Source of the DNA: the human T2T-CHM13v2.0 reference genome, Homo sapiens
DNA: 64,000 bases
Assembly: GCF_009914755.1 (NCBI RefSeq)
Contig: NC_060930.1
Strand: one strand, 5' to 3'
Shown piece by piece: positions 38,703-54,634 of this stretch. Within the stretch, counting starts at the first letter, position 1. Each line of letters begins with the position of its first letter. A program made the translations under genes and the position numbers. The notes under the pieces are model-generated. The model made no database searches and was not told the DNA's origin. It saw nothing but the letters and a program-made list of their open reading frames with translations.

Positions 38703-41475
38703 CAAATTCAGATTCTTATTATGATTGAAAGTTTGCACAATTTGGGTTATCGGTGCTTTTTTCAACATGCACCCACCTGTTGCCTGAAAACTCCTTGCCA
38801 ACCTTCAGTGCTAGACTTGTCCTGGACCACAGTAAGCAAATTTGTCTTTGGGGCCCCAGTCGTGTGCTCTGCATCTTGTCCCCACCCAGCTCCACTCTCT
38901 CCAGATACCCAGCAAAGACTGGTCTGCTCATCCTCACTGTTTCCCAGCAGCAAGTGCCCTCAGGAAAGTTCTGCCTTCCTTCACTCTCACCTGGGGATGA
39001 ACTGAGATCTATGTGCTATTTCTTCTGGAGAGTCCACATGCCACCTATACCGCTGCTCTGGCATTTGCAACCTGCGAATGGGATTTCTAGCCTCTATGAC
39101 CAGGCTGGGAGGTGTTTGAGAGGAATTCAGAACAACTCTGCACCAGCCTCTGTTTTACCTGTGAGGCCTGGGCCCAGCCCCTGAGAAAACACACACAGCT
39201 CTGTCGACCTGCAACAGGGTTCTGGCTAAGAGTCCACAACTTCAGAACATTTTCTTGTGGGCTCTCTAGGCACATCTTTTCATACTAATAAAGTCAAATC
39301 ATTCATTGAGAAATTTAAAGATTTTTTTTGTCTTTGTTCTTTGTTTAACTGCATTCAGAAATTTCATGATAGATTTCCAGGATTTGTGAACGGGAGAGTA
39401 TCTGCCTGAATGACCAAAGAACACTTGATCTTTCCTCTGTGTCATTTTTTAAATTGATTTTTGGAGGCTCAGTATTTTAGCTTTTAAAATTATTAAAACG
39501 GAACAGATTTTGGAAAGATTCACAGAGGTATTCTAAGGTTTAAAGGAGCTAATAGAGGTGAAAGTGTTTTTGAAAACCATTGAACATTTTGTGTATATAA
39601 ACAAGGGTATGACGGAAATGGAAATATTGCTCAAAATGTCTCAGGTCAGGACCTCTACCCCTTAACACCCAAATTCTCCCCCTCCAAAAATAAAACCAAA
39701 CCGTTTTCCAAATGGATTTTCTCTGTCTAGTTTTAAATCTTTTAATTGGGATATAAATTTTCAAACTTAGAACTTCATAGGCTTTACATGATTAATAAAA
39801 TCTCAGGGCAATTTGCATTAGGAGTATGTGTGCTTATTCAATAATTAACAGCTTCCGCTTAGCCAGCTGCCACCACAGACACATTAGGTTAACTGCTTCC
39901 TGTCTGCTTCTCTTTTGCACTGGCTTCTGTTAGGCAGTGATTTCTGACTTCTGGGTGCGTAAAAGTACACACAGTGTGTGAGTAAGCTTATGCTGATGAG
40001 TGTGCCATTTTAGAATGCTTAAGAAGGAATTAATTTAAATTTAACCACTGCTAGCTGTTGCTTCCTTTCTTACTGCAAAATTGTTATGGTAACTTCAAAG
40101 AAGAAAAAGAGAAATCTTGTGGGCGAAACAGTAAAAATAGTGATCAGATGCAAGTCTAATATATTTGTTATAAACGGTCATGACACTTTGGTAAACATTT
40201 CCCAAATTCAACATTCCCCCAAATCTTTGGAATTCATTGGCTTCCCATTATGGAATGTAAATGCATAGGAAACAAAACTGCCTTTACATGTTGGTTTCTA
40301 TTTTTACTTTTTATGCTCTGCTGTTTCTTAAATTCACATGTAGCTTAGTTATTAATAAAATAAAAGCCACCATTCTTAAAAGCTAACCAGAAATTATATT
40401 TCATATCATTCACAGTCTAATATTTTTATATTAACAATATTGATTTCATTTAGCTCAAAAGAATATACAAACCAAACTCAAACATAACATTCTTTCAAAA
40501 AGAGGATTTCTTAGAAAACTTAGGGAAATTGGTAATATAAGTATTTCTTTTTTTCAGTCTTTGATTGTTTGAAATACCACCCAGTTTAACATTTCTTCAG
40601 AAATAATCTACTCTTCAGCCAGATTGGGTCTACTTCTCTGTACCAACATCTGGCTCTCCATGTTGGGTACATTGATATAATCCAGGACTGCATGGGTCCT
40701 GGACATCCCATTTAATCCACGTCCTATGCCTGGCCCACCCTTCCCACTCATGGGAGTTCTATCTCCTTTCTCAGAAAGTTGTTCCACTGCAAGATCTCTG
40801 CATTCTCAAAGTTGTTTTAGGATATCCTGCAGAGAGCGGCATGAAAAGTAGAAAATGTCTAGATTTGAAGTCAGCAGACCGGAGTTCTAGCTGTGGCTTT
40901 GTCACTGAAAGCTGTCCTTACCCTGTGTCCTAACTTGTAAAAGTGCATGAGTAATGGCTGCCCTACTTACCACACAGGATCCTGCAAAGAATCAATACCC
41001 ACTTCGTAAGTGAGAAAGCCCTACAGTGACACATCCTTGTGACAGGAGTTAGGATGAGATGTAGCCATTCATTTCTTCACTCTTACTATCAGTGTGAAAA
41101 TTGAGAAAAGCTGTGCCTTGCACATCTTCTGTGCACCTTGATGTTTGGTTGATCAACTGTTTGATTATAGTCATTGACATTTTTGTCATGATCACTCCTC
41201 AGTCTCTAGGCAAGGGGTTCTTAAGAATAACTGGTCTACAGTATCATTATATCTATCATTGTTTTCTAAAGCCAAAGAAACATACAGTATTGAGACGATA
41301 ATTTTGTTTTATAGCACATGATAAGCTCAGAAAATTCCAGGAGCTATAACTGGGTGTCAGAAGCTAGAATCTTACAAATGAAAGTTTATTAAGTGTAAGT
41401 CATCATTTCAGCAGCTCTTAATGAACTGGCATATATACTGAGGCAAATGACAGGTGTAACAGATTTTAGGTATCA

Positions 41476-41598
<123 letters not shown>

Positions 41599-43900
41599 CT
41601 ATTTGGAGAAAGAAAAACAAAGAGAAACTAGTGTTCACTCTGCAAGCAAAATATTCTCTGATGAAAAATAACATGAAACCACAACCTAATGTTTAGAAAT
41701 GTGTGTTTCCTGTATAGTGATCTCCCATAATCTTTAGTATGAAATATTAAAGTAGAAGGAATGAGACATCTTCTTTTGTTTTTCATTAAAGTGAATAAGA
41801 ATATAAAAGCAAGCCAGAAACATAAACAGAAATACTAGAGAGTTGATATACTCAGGGATCATAAGCTGACTTGAAGTTCTTCAGAAAATGATTCAATTTA
41901 GAAGGTCTTTTCAACATATTGGCTCCTGTACCCAAGAAGAAGGAATGAATCATTTACCAAAGTCAGGCCAGAGTCTTAGGACCTCGAAAGTAATGTGAAT
42001 CCTCGTGCATTTCGAAAATAAAGAGCTCTCAGGTGTATCACAGGAAGGTGCTTCACACTACTTAGTTTGCACCCAAAATAGTAGGAGACCTCATATAGTG
42101 ACTGTCCCTCTAAGGTTTCCCCTCTTCTGAGACAAGGTGGACCCCAGGATCAAGGAGAGGGCAGAAGGCTGCAGAAAGTAGATTACACTATCAAGGGAGG
42201 AGTCTGGTACCAGTTCAGTCTCCTTAGAAAGAACTGCTAGCCACAGGCAATACCAGAATTTTCTTAAAAAGGAATAAAGATCAAATAGCAAGACAGGAAG
42301 ATTTTACCTATACTGTACCTCACTGTAGTAAGAGATTTTCCTGAATAGAGAAACCTTGTGTGCTATCCACCCAAGTGCTTGTGACAGAAACCACAATCAT
42401 AATGGCTAATTACCACACAATTCTTTATTCAGTCCAGTTAGAATACCCACTCTGGGTGTATCCCAAACTGACAGGATGGATGCAGTAATGGGTAATTGCA
42501 CTAGTTCTTCAGGTATGCAAATAGCTCAGTATTTTGGTTCTTATTAAGCAGCTTCTCTCAGCTGTATTTGCTGGGCAGGATAGCAACTAACTGGAGAGTT
42601 AAGGAAATAGTCATAGAACGGATTGATTCCCTGCATCACTGTAAACACGCTTGGCTGGTTATTCTGGCCAAAGGATACACACCAATAGCCTCTTTGAGTG
42701 GCAGAAGATACAATCAAGTGACTGTGCTCCAGGGTGCCTACCCAAAGGCAAGCTGGCGAAGAGTGCCCTGACTGGGCTTGGGACACTTTTCCAGACCTCC
42801 TTGCTGCCCACCTTGATGACTTTTCCCCTTGTTAGCTATCTATAGATTGTCATATTTGGGCCATAAATAGAATCACCAGGCTAAAGGCTAGAAATTGGGG
42901 ACCCAAGACAAGGGCATCAGGCAGTAGGCAGTATAGTCAAAGGTTGCATGTCACTGAGGAGGGGATGGCTTGAAACCAGGGAGTCAGGCAGGAATCCAAG
43001 AACAGGGGGTGCCAACTAGCTTGTAGCTTGGCAGGACATTAGAAATGCAGGCGGGGGAGCCTGAGCACTGGGCATGTAATTCTCCGGAGTCAGGGAAGCT
43101 GTTCACAAAGCCAGGTAGGCAGGATAACACGGGTACTGGAGCAGTGGGTGAGGAACACAGGGAGATCCCATATGGAAGTCAAAGCAAGGCATCTGGAGCC
43201 AAGAAAGTACCCTGTGACCACCAGATTCCGTGAAAACTCCCTGCTGGATGCCCAGCGCAATGATGCACAGTTCCAGCCATCCCAGCCAAAACTCCTGAGA
43301 AATGACATTCGCCCCCGCTTGTGTCGCTAATTAAAAATCATTTTGAAATCACAGGACATGCATTCATTTATGGAAAATTGGTAAAATATCATTCATTTGC
43401 TCCATTGTTAAAGATACCAAACTGAAATAGTTTGAATGACTGAACACCTTAAAGAAATGCCATTTGCTACTTTGTGTCTAGACAATCAACTTGCAGCTGA
43501 TAAAATCTTTCTATGTAAAAGCTCAGTGGCCCTTCCTTTGATGAAATGATAACACTCTTTTCTAATTAGCAGTACCCTAGGCTAACACTTAAAAAAAAAA
43601 AAAAAAGAAGCTATTTCTTTGAATTGGGCACACCCCTTGCAGTATTCTTTGCATCACTTTGAAAATACCTTTCTTTATAAGCCAGGTTGAACTAATGAGA
43701 TTTCACTGTTCTAAGTGGCCAAAGCATTTCTCAATAGAATGCCACATTATTCATGGAATCTCTCATTTCTGTAACACTGTAATACCCAGAGATATGTGGT
43801 TTCAGCTGATAAATTACGCAGTTGTCTTTATGAGTCCCTACTCCTATGCTCTCTGCCTTGGAGTCTCAGATCCTAAAAAGCAGGAAATTGTGCTTGTCTA

Positions 43901-44134
<234 letters not shown>

Positions 44135-45992
44135 CTATTACCAAACCAGACTGTTTCCAAACACTTGCAAGTTTATGCAAGTTTATTTTGTTTCTAAACT
44201 ACATTTAATCAGCCAAATTTTTAAAAAATGCCCTTTGTTTCACCAAGCATAGCTCATTTCCCAATATTTTTAGTAATGGTGAACATAATCAGCACCAAAT
44301 TCAGTCTGTAAATGATGACATTTGTTAGCAAAATGCTGACGAACTCTGGCTCTTTAAGTTCCAAGCAGCAGAATTAAATTGATATGTCTCATTAAACATT
44401 TTATGATTCTGTTGCATCAGTAGTTTCAGAATTCTATGATGCTGATGTACGTCTCTAACACTAATTAAAATATAATTTCCAACCTTTTAACATTAATAGA
44501 AAACTAGATGAATTGAAAATGATTTTTAAAACAAATCTGGGACACGTGAGAAGGCCCACGTGTCATGTCTGTTTTGTGGCCCATCACTGGCAGGAGGGAA
44601 GCAGTAGGTCATCTCCTTTTAATGAAAGATACTTGTGAATGTGCAAGTATGTGTGTGTGTCCAACCAGCTTCCCTGGCCAGTGTCTTTCATTGCAAGGAC
44701 TTTTCTTCCCTGTGGCTAGAATTTCAGGAGGATCATCCTCCCCGTCTATCATCAGTCTGGTACTTATTCCCAGGCCTGGTGGGAGAGCAGCAAAGCATCT
44801 TTAACACAGACAGGACCCTACAAGTGTAAATCGCACTCAGGAAAATGTGTGTGTTTGGGACAGGCATCTAAGCGTTTTTACACGAATTCTACCTCAAGGT
44901 AACGAAATAATTGATTATAATAAATGCAAAAGGAATGGTAGAATTAGAATGTCACGATCTTGCAATCCCTAATGAAGTAACGAATTGAGGCAGAAATAAT
45001 TCGTTAAGAAGAGAACTTCGTAACGGGTGGATGAGACTGATAAAACGTGAACCAGATGCTATTGACAAACCTAAATATATGTATCTTCTGCCAGGATGAA
45101 TGTCCTAGGAAGCAATGGCGTGACTTATGAAATATTTTTGCCCCTTCCTCCAAAAAAAAAATGCCACTTGGAGCTGAATCTGACAGAGTCTGTAGATCTA
45201 ACCAGCTGCTTAACAGAAAATGCCACAGTGGTTAAAAAAAAATCCCACAGTGGTTAGAGAAAAATATTTCATGACACCGGGGGATGGAATCAGCAAAATT
45301 CAGAATATGGAAAGTTCTACATAAAAAATGACTCAGTTTCAGCCATAAGTTTGTGGCATGAAGAAACAGATGAAGAGGATTACTCTAGAGGAAAAGATTT
45401 AAGTGACATACCAACCAAATTTAATCTACAGACCTTAATCCAAATAAACTAACTAAAAAGATAATTTTTGGACATTGGGAAAATTAGATTAAAGATGGTT
45501 CATTAGATAATACCAAGGAGCTCTTGTTGATTTGTATTAGCTGCAATAATTATACACAAACACACTTAAACACATACATACACACATATGTACATATGTA
45601 TCTATGTATACTGCATATATGTCTATTTTTAAAAAGCTACACGCTAAAATATGTACAGGTAAAATAATATGATTACTAGAATTTACTTGAAAATGCTAAG
45701 GCAAAAAATAAGGAAAAAAGGGATAGATAAAGCAAATGTGGCAAAATCTTGATAACCATTAACTCTGAGAGTCATATAAGTAGATATTCATTGTGCTACT
45801 CTTTCTGCTTTTGAGTTCATCTGAAAATATTTATAAGAAAAATTAACTTTGTCAAAAGATATAAAACTGAAATACAAAATGAACACATACAAAATGTTTC
45901 CAATTGGATGTGAACATTCACTAATGTAAAGATATAAATTCTACCCAAATTAGTCTATATGACCAATGGGAACCCAACCAAACTTCTACTCA

Positions 45993-46365
<373 letters not shown>

Positions 46366-46429
46366 GAAAATAGCCAAAAACTAATATGTTGAAAAAGAAG
46401 AAAGATTGAAGGACTTGCCCAAAGGTAAA

Positions 46430-46903
46430 TTAAACTTTGGACCCCAATTTATAGTTTCCTGCATCTATGCCCTTTGCCATGTAACTAGCAGTTCTTCCCT
46501 CTAAATGTGGAATATCCTCTCTTAACTTTAGGCTTATTTTGGCTAATGGGGTGTTAGCAGAAGCAATGTTAGCAGAAGCAAGTAGGGGTCTAAAATATGA
46601 CTGCGCAGCTGAGCATGTGATCATACAAATCTGCTGTTACCCTGAGGAAAATATGACCCAGCAAGCCCACTGGTCAAAGAAGGATGAGAGGCACCAGAGC
46701 AGAGGGTCTCCGGAGCTCTCAGGGAGAGACGGATCCTCTCCAGCTGTTCCCACCGGAAGCAGAGCTGGCTAGTCAAGCCCAGTCTGGATGAGCCCAATCC
46801 CAGCCAAGCCCCAGATCCCTGAGTAAGTGCTTATTGTTGTATGCCACTAAGATTTTCTGGTTCTTTTTAATGTAGCATTAGTGTGATTATAGCTAACTGA
46901 AAC
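46430..46903 (+). mobile_element. MLT1-family (ERVL-MaLR) solo LTR
   Basis: MLT1-type end TGTTGTATGCCACTAAGATTTT...ATAGCTAACTGAAACA and internal TTTGGCTAATGGGGTGTTAGCAGA. Confidence 0.65.
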
Positions 46904-49900
46904 AAAGCTACACTTAAAACTGACATTAGCACAGTAATGGACAAATATATGGAAGGAGCTAGATGTGTATTAAATCTTAGTAAATAATAAAGATGGCCCT
47001 TAAAATCAATAGGTAAAAATAGATCTGATCAATACGTGGTGTTTTGACAGCTGGTTATCTATGTAAGAAAAAAAGTGTCAGTAAGATCTCTTTATCCTAC
47101 TATATACAAACTGTATCCATAGATTTAAGAGGCACATGTGTGTCTCTCCCTGACGATCTTTATTTCACCTGACATGTTCCAGATATAAGCAGGTAGAGAA
47201 ACATAACGTTCAATAAATATATGAAAAAATGCTCAACTCCACTAACAATCAGAGACATAAAAACCAAATTAACCATGAAATACCAATGAAATACCATAAT
47301 TCTCCTACCATATCGGCAAATATTAAAACAAATGATTAACCACCAGTGCCAATGAGGGTATGAAGAGATGGATACTCTCATCTACTATGGCTGTAGTGTA
47401 AAATACTGCAGCCTTTTAGAAGGGTAATTAGGCAATATCTATGCAAATTTAAAATGTGAATTCACTTTGCCCAATGCTATTTCTAGATGTCTATTCTACA
47501 GTAACATTTGTACAAAATGTATGTGCAACCTTCAAAATGGCATAACGTGCTATAGTAAAAATGGGAAACAATCCAAATAGTTGTAAACAAAACACCAAAA
47601 CAACATGATATGACCATACCAAGCAGCCATTAAAAAGAAGATGCAGGTACTGATATAGAAAACGCTCCAAGATATACTGAGTGAGAAAATGAGGTACAGA
47701 GCAACAGGTTGACACAATCTCTTTTGTGGTTTTAAAAAACCTAAATTCTCTAGGTATATATATGCCATCAATACATAAAATGATAGCAAAGTATCTGTAA
47801 TGATATACACAGTTAAAGTTGGTTTTCCCTGGGGATTCTCTAGGATTGGAAGATTGGTGAAAAGGAAAGTTTTCTTTTAGCCATGTAAATGTACATGTGT
47901 GTTTATTTGAAAAGAACAATATATTCAATTAATTGCCAATTAAAAATGAAAAGCACTGAAAATACTTTAAATGGATGACATTACAACAAAATGTTAATTG
48001 TTAGTGTCTCTAATTTGTAGATCTTTGAGCTCTTTTTATGCTTTTATTATTTTTTATTTCTATAATGAGACTTTTCCATCAGATAAAGTTATTTTCTAAA
48101 ATGTGTTTCCATTTAAGTGAAGCTACCCATTTAAAAAGAGATTAACAAGTCCAACTTTTGTGCATTAGTTTTTCTTTAAGAGCAATATAGGGTTGTGCTC
48201 TTTTTTATTATCAGAGTCCTTCAACACAACTTTTTTCTCCTTCTTTAAGTCTCCCTGAACCCTTTCCTTTCCAGCACAGATTGAATTAAACCTTGTTCCC
48301 TTAGTGCCCTATGGAGGCGGGGGTAACATTTATCCCACTGTATGGACATTGCCGTTTAATGATTATATTTATTGAATAAGTATGTGTTTAAGTATTTACT
48401 TCTTAATTTTTTTTAAGTAGTAGCATGTAAATAAGCATTGTTATACTGCTTATTTATGGCCAGGAACTTTCTAAGTGCTTTATAACAAGACACATGAACT
48501 CATCAACACTCATAACATCCTTGTGAGGAAAGTAGCCCCATTTCACTGATGAGGAAACTGAGGCAGAGAGAAACATAACTTTTCCAAGGTCATGCAGCTA
48601 GTGAGTTGTGAAGCTAGGATTTGAATAAGCTGCCTTCTAAGTAGTCCATGGCTCTTGGGTCCAAAGGATCGGATGACTGCGTCCCCAGCCCCCAACACTG
48701 TGCCTTGGAACACGGTAGGAAATCAATCAATGTGTACTGAAAGAATGAGAGATGGGGAAGATGTCTGGAGCTTAGAGAGTAAGGAAGAAGTCCAAGAAAA
48801 TGAAGGATTTACCTTTGGGCTTTGCGTTAGTATTGATGGGAAGTGATAAATTTAAGTGGCAAAGCATGATAGAGAGGAGTTCTGGAGCTCCAGACTAGGC
48901 CACCCTTTCCCTTCCAACACTTGAATTAAATCTCACCTCAAACAGGCAGACATTATCATGAATCCACAGTATGGCAAGGAAGTCAAATGGGAAGGCTCGA
49001 TTTTAATTTTAAATTTATTTATGATTTTAAAAAGAAGATTGAGGGTGGAAAGCAGTGCTTTATTTCCCGTTTTTATTCAGATCTGTCACTTTAAAATATA
49101 GTTGTCCAAAGCAAGGTTAAAAAAAATTGTATCACGATGGAAACTCCAAAAAAACTCCCTATGTTTGGAAGGCTAACAAAAATAGAAAAATGTAATCATT
49201 TGCCCTTGGAGATTTTTGCTGTTGGCTTTTTGATAGTGTTTTCGTTTGTTTTTAAATTTTTGGTTAGCTTCAGAGCGGTGGGGTTTCACTAAGTTTCAGG
49301 GGAAGCTAGTTCTTCACTTAGTAAAATGGAAGGCTCGACTAATAGGAAAAACAAACTAACAAACAACTCACTATTCTAGAAACCCAACAATTTGGACTGG
49401 TAGAAGGTAGACGTGTATGAGGCTTGTGTGGAATGTGGGAGCTGGAAACTATACTTAACTGAGGACTGAGGGGAGAAATAAGGTCTAGACAGCTCCCAGA
49501 GTAGGAGCGGCTGCACCTTGGACCAACTGACAACTCTTTGATCGTAGGTGACCTCTGGCAGACAACCACCATTACGATAAAACTCTGAGAAAAACAGATT
49601 ACACATGGCACCATTGGTGAGTGTGACACAGCACCTCCATCCACTGCCCAGAGCAACTCTGTCACCAGAACAGACCTTCAAAATGCCTCGTAAATAACCA
49701 CCCTTGCAGGCTGACTAACAATTTACAAGAGGCATGTAGTGAAGAATAATGACCTCATTTATTTTACTGTTCCTCTGGTGGGAATAGAAGGGTAGTTAAA
49801 AAAGAAAAGAGTGGGCCAAGAAAATTTGCGGTGGATTTCAGTCACCCTCTGACATTCCCACTGTCCTCCCGACCCAGAGAAGGTAAGGATTTATAACAAA

Positions 49901-52900
49901 CATGTAAAAACAAATGCTGAGCCTACTGATTTTAGTATCTGTATAACCTCTTTGTGAGAAGGAAGATCATTCATCATTGCATGGGCTGATACATTCCTTC
50001 TGCTTATTTACATGCTATTTCAAAGTCAGAGCAAGTTCCATTTCCTTGGTCATTAGGCTCAAGTCTGGCAAAGGGAGCCCAGGAATTAAACAAAACTATG
50101 GTGCTAGAACAGCTAACCTACATGGTCTCTTTCAACAGTTTAAACCAGAGTTTGGTGTTGTTTCTAATCCTTTAGAAGGAATAATGGTTTGGCCCTTCCA
50201 AAAGGCAAAATGAGTCACCATTTAGGGAAGGAAGGAATTTAGAGCGAGGGGATTAGGAATCACTTACACTTGCTTCCCCCTTTATATAAAAGCTGAGCAC
50301 CACTAAAAAGAGGAAAGATTCATGCTGGGAGTGTGTAATCACTCTTAGAGGGAGTGGCTTGATCTGCAGAGCAAATGTGACTCCGGACTGGTGTCACCAT
50401 GATATGTTTTTCCATCACAAAGTACATCAAAAGGGGTGGCAGATTCTAACAGGCTGTGTGTGCTGTGGCATACCAGGAGTAACTTCCTGTCGGTGGCAAT
50501 TGTGAGCATATTAAGGAATGGCATTTTTAGAGTCTGAGCTTTTTATTCTGGAAGGATCCAAACGCACTGCCTTCCTAAAATGGTTTCATATAGCCACTCC
50601 AGAGACGTTGCTTGCCTATCTAGTAACACTGGAATGGAATCAATCTATGAAGCACAAGCAAATGTTTCCTCAATAGTCAGTTGAGTTTGCTTCTTTCCTT
50701 TTAGCCCCTTCAGTATAAAGTAGAGTAGTTCGCCAGGACTGGTATCCTCGAAATAACAATGACTAACACCGCTTCTCTTGGAGACCCTTGAGCCTAGACC
50801 AGAATTTGCACCCTCAGGCTACTGCCATTCATCCATCAATTCACAGATATTGATAGTATATCTCCCACAGTGCTCACGACAGCACAATCATCCGTGCGTG
50901 CATAGTACAACATAGTTTACATTCCTTACAAACATGCTGCATTACAGCTCACACCAGCTTGAGAAGGTTACTGGATTTGTGCTAATTTGCCTGTTTTGCT
51001 GGTTAAGGGCTTTTTAGTGTACTGAGATATCTTCAGAAGATAGACTATTATTCATGAAGCAATTCTACAAAGAAAATGTCAGAGCTTCTTTACTTAGCAC
51101 ATATCCTCTAAGGGAGCCTGTGCCCTTGTTGGTATGCTTTAATTTTTTTTCCCAGAGAAAGCTTTCATTTGATCTTGTAAATATCAACCTGAATTTATTT
51201 ATTTATTTATGTATTTATTTATTATGGCAGAAATTTCCACGTTGATTAGGTCATTACAGAATCTTCTCGGCTGGCCATCTATTGGTTTTTTTTCTTTTGT
51301 TACACAATGCCAGATACTGATGGCTTTTGTTTTAAAAATATAAGTGCTTACCTTGACAGAGTCAGGATGCTCCAGGGTTAGCCTCAGTTTGTTTCTTAAT
51401 TTTCTATAGGACTTTGAGAAATGCACGTAACATCACAGAACCTGCTTTCTCTCTTGAAATCTGAGTCTAATAATCGTCTCCTTGCCTCTCAGAATGGTGA
51501 TTATCAGTTCAGTTCAGCAAACATTTACTGAACGTTGACTCAATTCCAGGCACCACGAAAGGCTGAATGAGATAAGGATTACACCTTCCAAACACACAAT
51601 CTAGGGAGATACTGACTATGAGCACACTTTGAAGCATATAAGAGACTCTACAAGGAAGGAATTGTAAACCACATGAATTGGTGGGTGAATGTGTCTCTGC
51701 ATTAGACACTTCCAACCATGCTCTTTCTAGAAACACCTTGTAAAGACCTTTGCACCTCAATCCTGGGGTCACCTACATGCCATTGAAAAGAAGGTTTACT
51801 GTGAGCTCTCTGGGATCCTTTCTGATTACAGGGCCACACTAAATGATCCTCGCTTGGCATAAAAAGCATAATAAGTCTCTAATGACTCAGATACTAGGAA
51901 GAATGATGCATACTATTTTATTTAAGAGGAATATTGAGTAAATAAAGGTTAAAATTTTTCCATAAGCTTTATTAAAACTTCATAAAAATTCAATTAACCA
52001 ACTATTTGATTACTATCCTATGCAAATACTGTTCTGGGTGCTAGCCAAGGTGCAAAGCTAAGCCACTGGCCAGTCTCTCCTCGTTCCCCAAATAGGTCGG
52101 AGTCCCCAGTTTTGTGTTCTTCTTGTGCACTGACTTATTTTAGTACTTTTTACAATTGTAATCAGTTTTTTATTAGGAGCTCATTTGTAAAATCCTTGCT
52201 AGAAGCTATACGAAGATTGTGTCTGCCTTTTTCACTGCCATAGTCCCAGTACCTAATTCAGTATTGACTTTGAATTTTTCTGAATGAATACATAATACTG
52301 TCGTACTGTGCACAGGTCATTGTGTTGTCATGGGCATGGGATGCGACATACTATCAATATTTGTGGATTGATGGATGAATGGCTCTAGCCTGAGGGCGTA
52401 AATGCTGGTCTGGGCTCAAGAGTCTCCAAGAGAAGGAATGTGGGTCATTGTTACTCTGAGGACACCAGTCTTGGTTACTTACTCCATTCTGTATGAAAGG
52501 GGCTAAAAAGACCTTATATAAATACAAAGCAAATAGGCTAAGGATGAATTTAATGATAAAATACAAGCAGGTCATATTTATTTATTTGCTGTTAAAAGCA
52601 TCCAAGATATTGGGAACATATTGATTTCTTCATATTAAATTAAATTGATTTATTTGTTTAAAGAAAAGTGAAAAAACACATTGAATAAAAAGGAAATATT
52701 AGATGCTAATTTGGTGTCAGATGCTAAGAGATAGAGAAATCCACACACACATCACCCACAGACACACTCCTCCCAGCACACCAGATATGTTTTTGACTTT
52801 TCTCAAGATGGTAAGGTCTGAGATTACATTTACAAGTTATCTGTAATGACAGGGTGCGGCGAACCTAGAGTATTTACTTGGGATTATTAAATCAACACAG

Positions 52901-54086
52901 CAAACATTTATTAAACCTCAAGTGTGCCAGAGGCTAAGGATATGAGGTCGAATGAGGTGAGGGAAAAGCAGTGATGGAGAATGGAATGGGGGAACAACTT
53001 ATCAAGAGGAGAAAGATCCCTTAAAGGTAACTGATGCCCAATCAAAAATACTGCTCACTGCTTCTCCAGAGTACTAGGCACAGATATCAGAAATCTAAAT
53101 CTTTCAGGACCCACTATCTGGCACTAGTGCTAGACTACCAAACTGGAACATTCTATATTTAAATAGTGAAATACATTCAATAGTTCAGAGTTCCTGAGTA
53201 GTTAGAAAAACATGATGAATTCATAATAACTGCCCGTCTCACTCCTGCTGCCTTTGTGGGTACAGTTCTCTCTAACACCCAGGAGAAGGGTTTCCTCCCA
53301 GAATGGACCCGAAGCCCGGTTAGCACCACTAAACTAAAAACTAAGCAAGCAATTATTCTCCCCGCATGCACCCCTGCCTTCACTGATGTGGCATTGCTAT
53401 TGATCCCCATTAATGATTTAGTGATTAAGGAGGATAAATTGCCTATGAATGCAAAGCAGGCTGAAGGGCCCTCAGGAGCACAGCTGAGCATTCTCCTATC
53501 AATAAGTGCTGTGCATGCTGCTGTAATTTTCAGCCCAGCATCCTGTGCCACCTCGGACCACAATCTTGTTCACCTGGCTGTCTTTTGACAATTTCTGGAA
53601 ACAGTTTTCCTTCTTATCTTCTGCTATCTTTTTCACTTGGGCGACAGTCTCACCCCTCTCTTTTGACCTACTTTCCAGTTACCAGGCCATAGCGCTGAAT
53701 CCTTTGTTATGCATTAACACACACACAAGCATAAAACTGCAGGGGACTGCTGGGCTACAGTGTATGTGCTTGTGTGTGTGTTGGGGGGAGCGGTTCATCA
53801 TATCATCCCCTTTTTGGGTTATGCTTTGCGTGCTAGGCCGGGAAACCACACAATAAGTGGGGAGATGAACTCTTTCTCTCACTTCATTTAAAAAAATGGT
53901 GTTCAGGGCCCAAAAGCATGGTTGTTGGAAGAGATCAAGCAACAAAAATAATAAAGCTCACTGGATCCCTCTGCATTAAGGAAGGAGAATTTGCTCCTGG
54001 GACAGAATGGGAGAGAAAAGTTCAGAGAATAAAGGAGAACAGTAGGAGAGAGAGAAGGGGTGGTAAGGGAGAGAGACTGGAATTAG

Positions 54087-54452
<366 letters not shown>

Positions 54453-54634
54453 CTGCCTCTTGAGTTTTAAAGTTATTGCTTATTGTCTCTCTTTCTTCTT
54501 AGAGACAGGCTGGCGGGGCTGCCTCGAACTCCTGGGCCCAAGCAATCCTCCTGCCTCAGCTTCCCAAGTAGCTGGGACCGCAGGCTGCTCTGGGGGCCAT
54601 GCCCAGCTTTATTGTTTCGTGATTATTATGAAAC

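Noticed and set aside
42300-43250. Possible old LTR or enhancer-like segment in intron 5
   Set aside because: The composition is suggestive, but I could not match termini or a family with confidence without a Dfam search.
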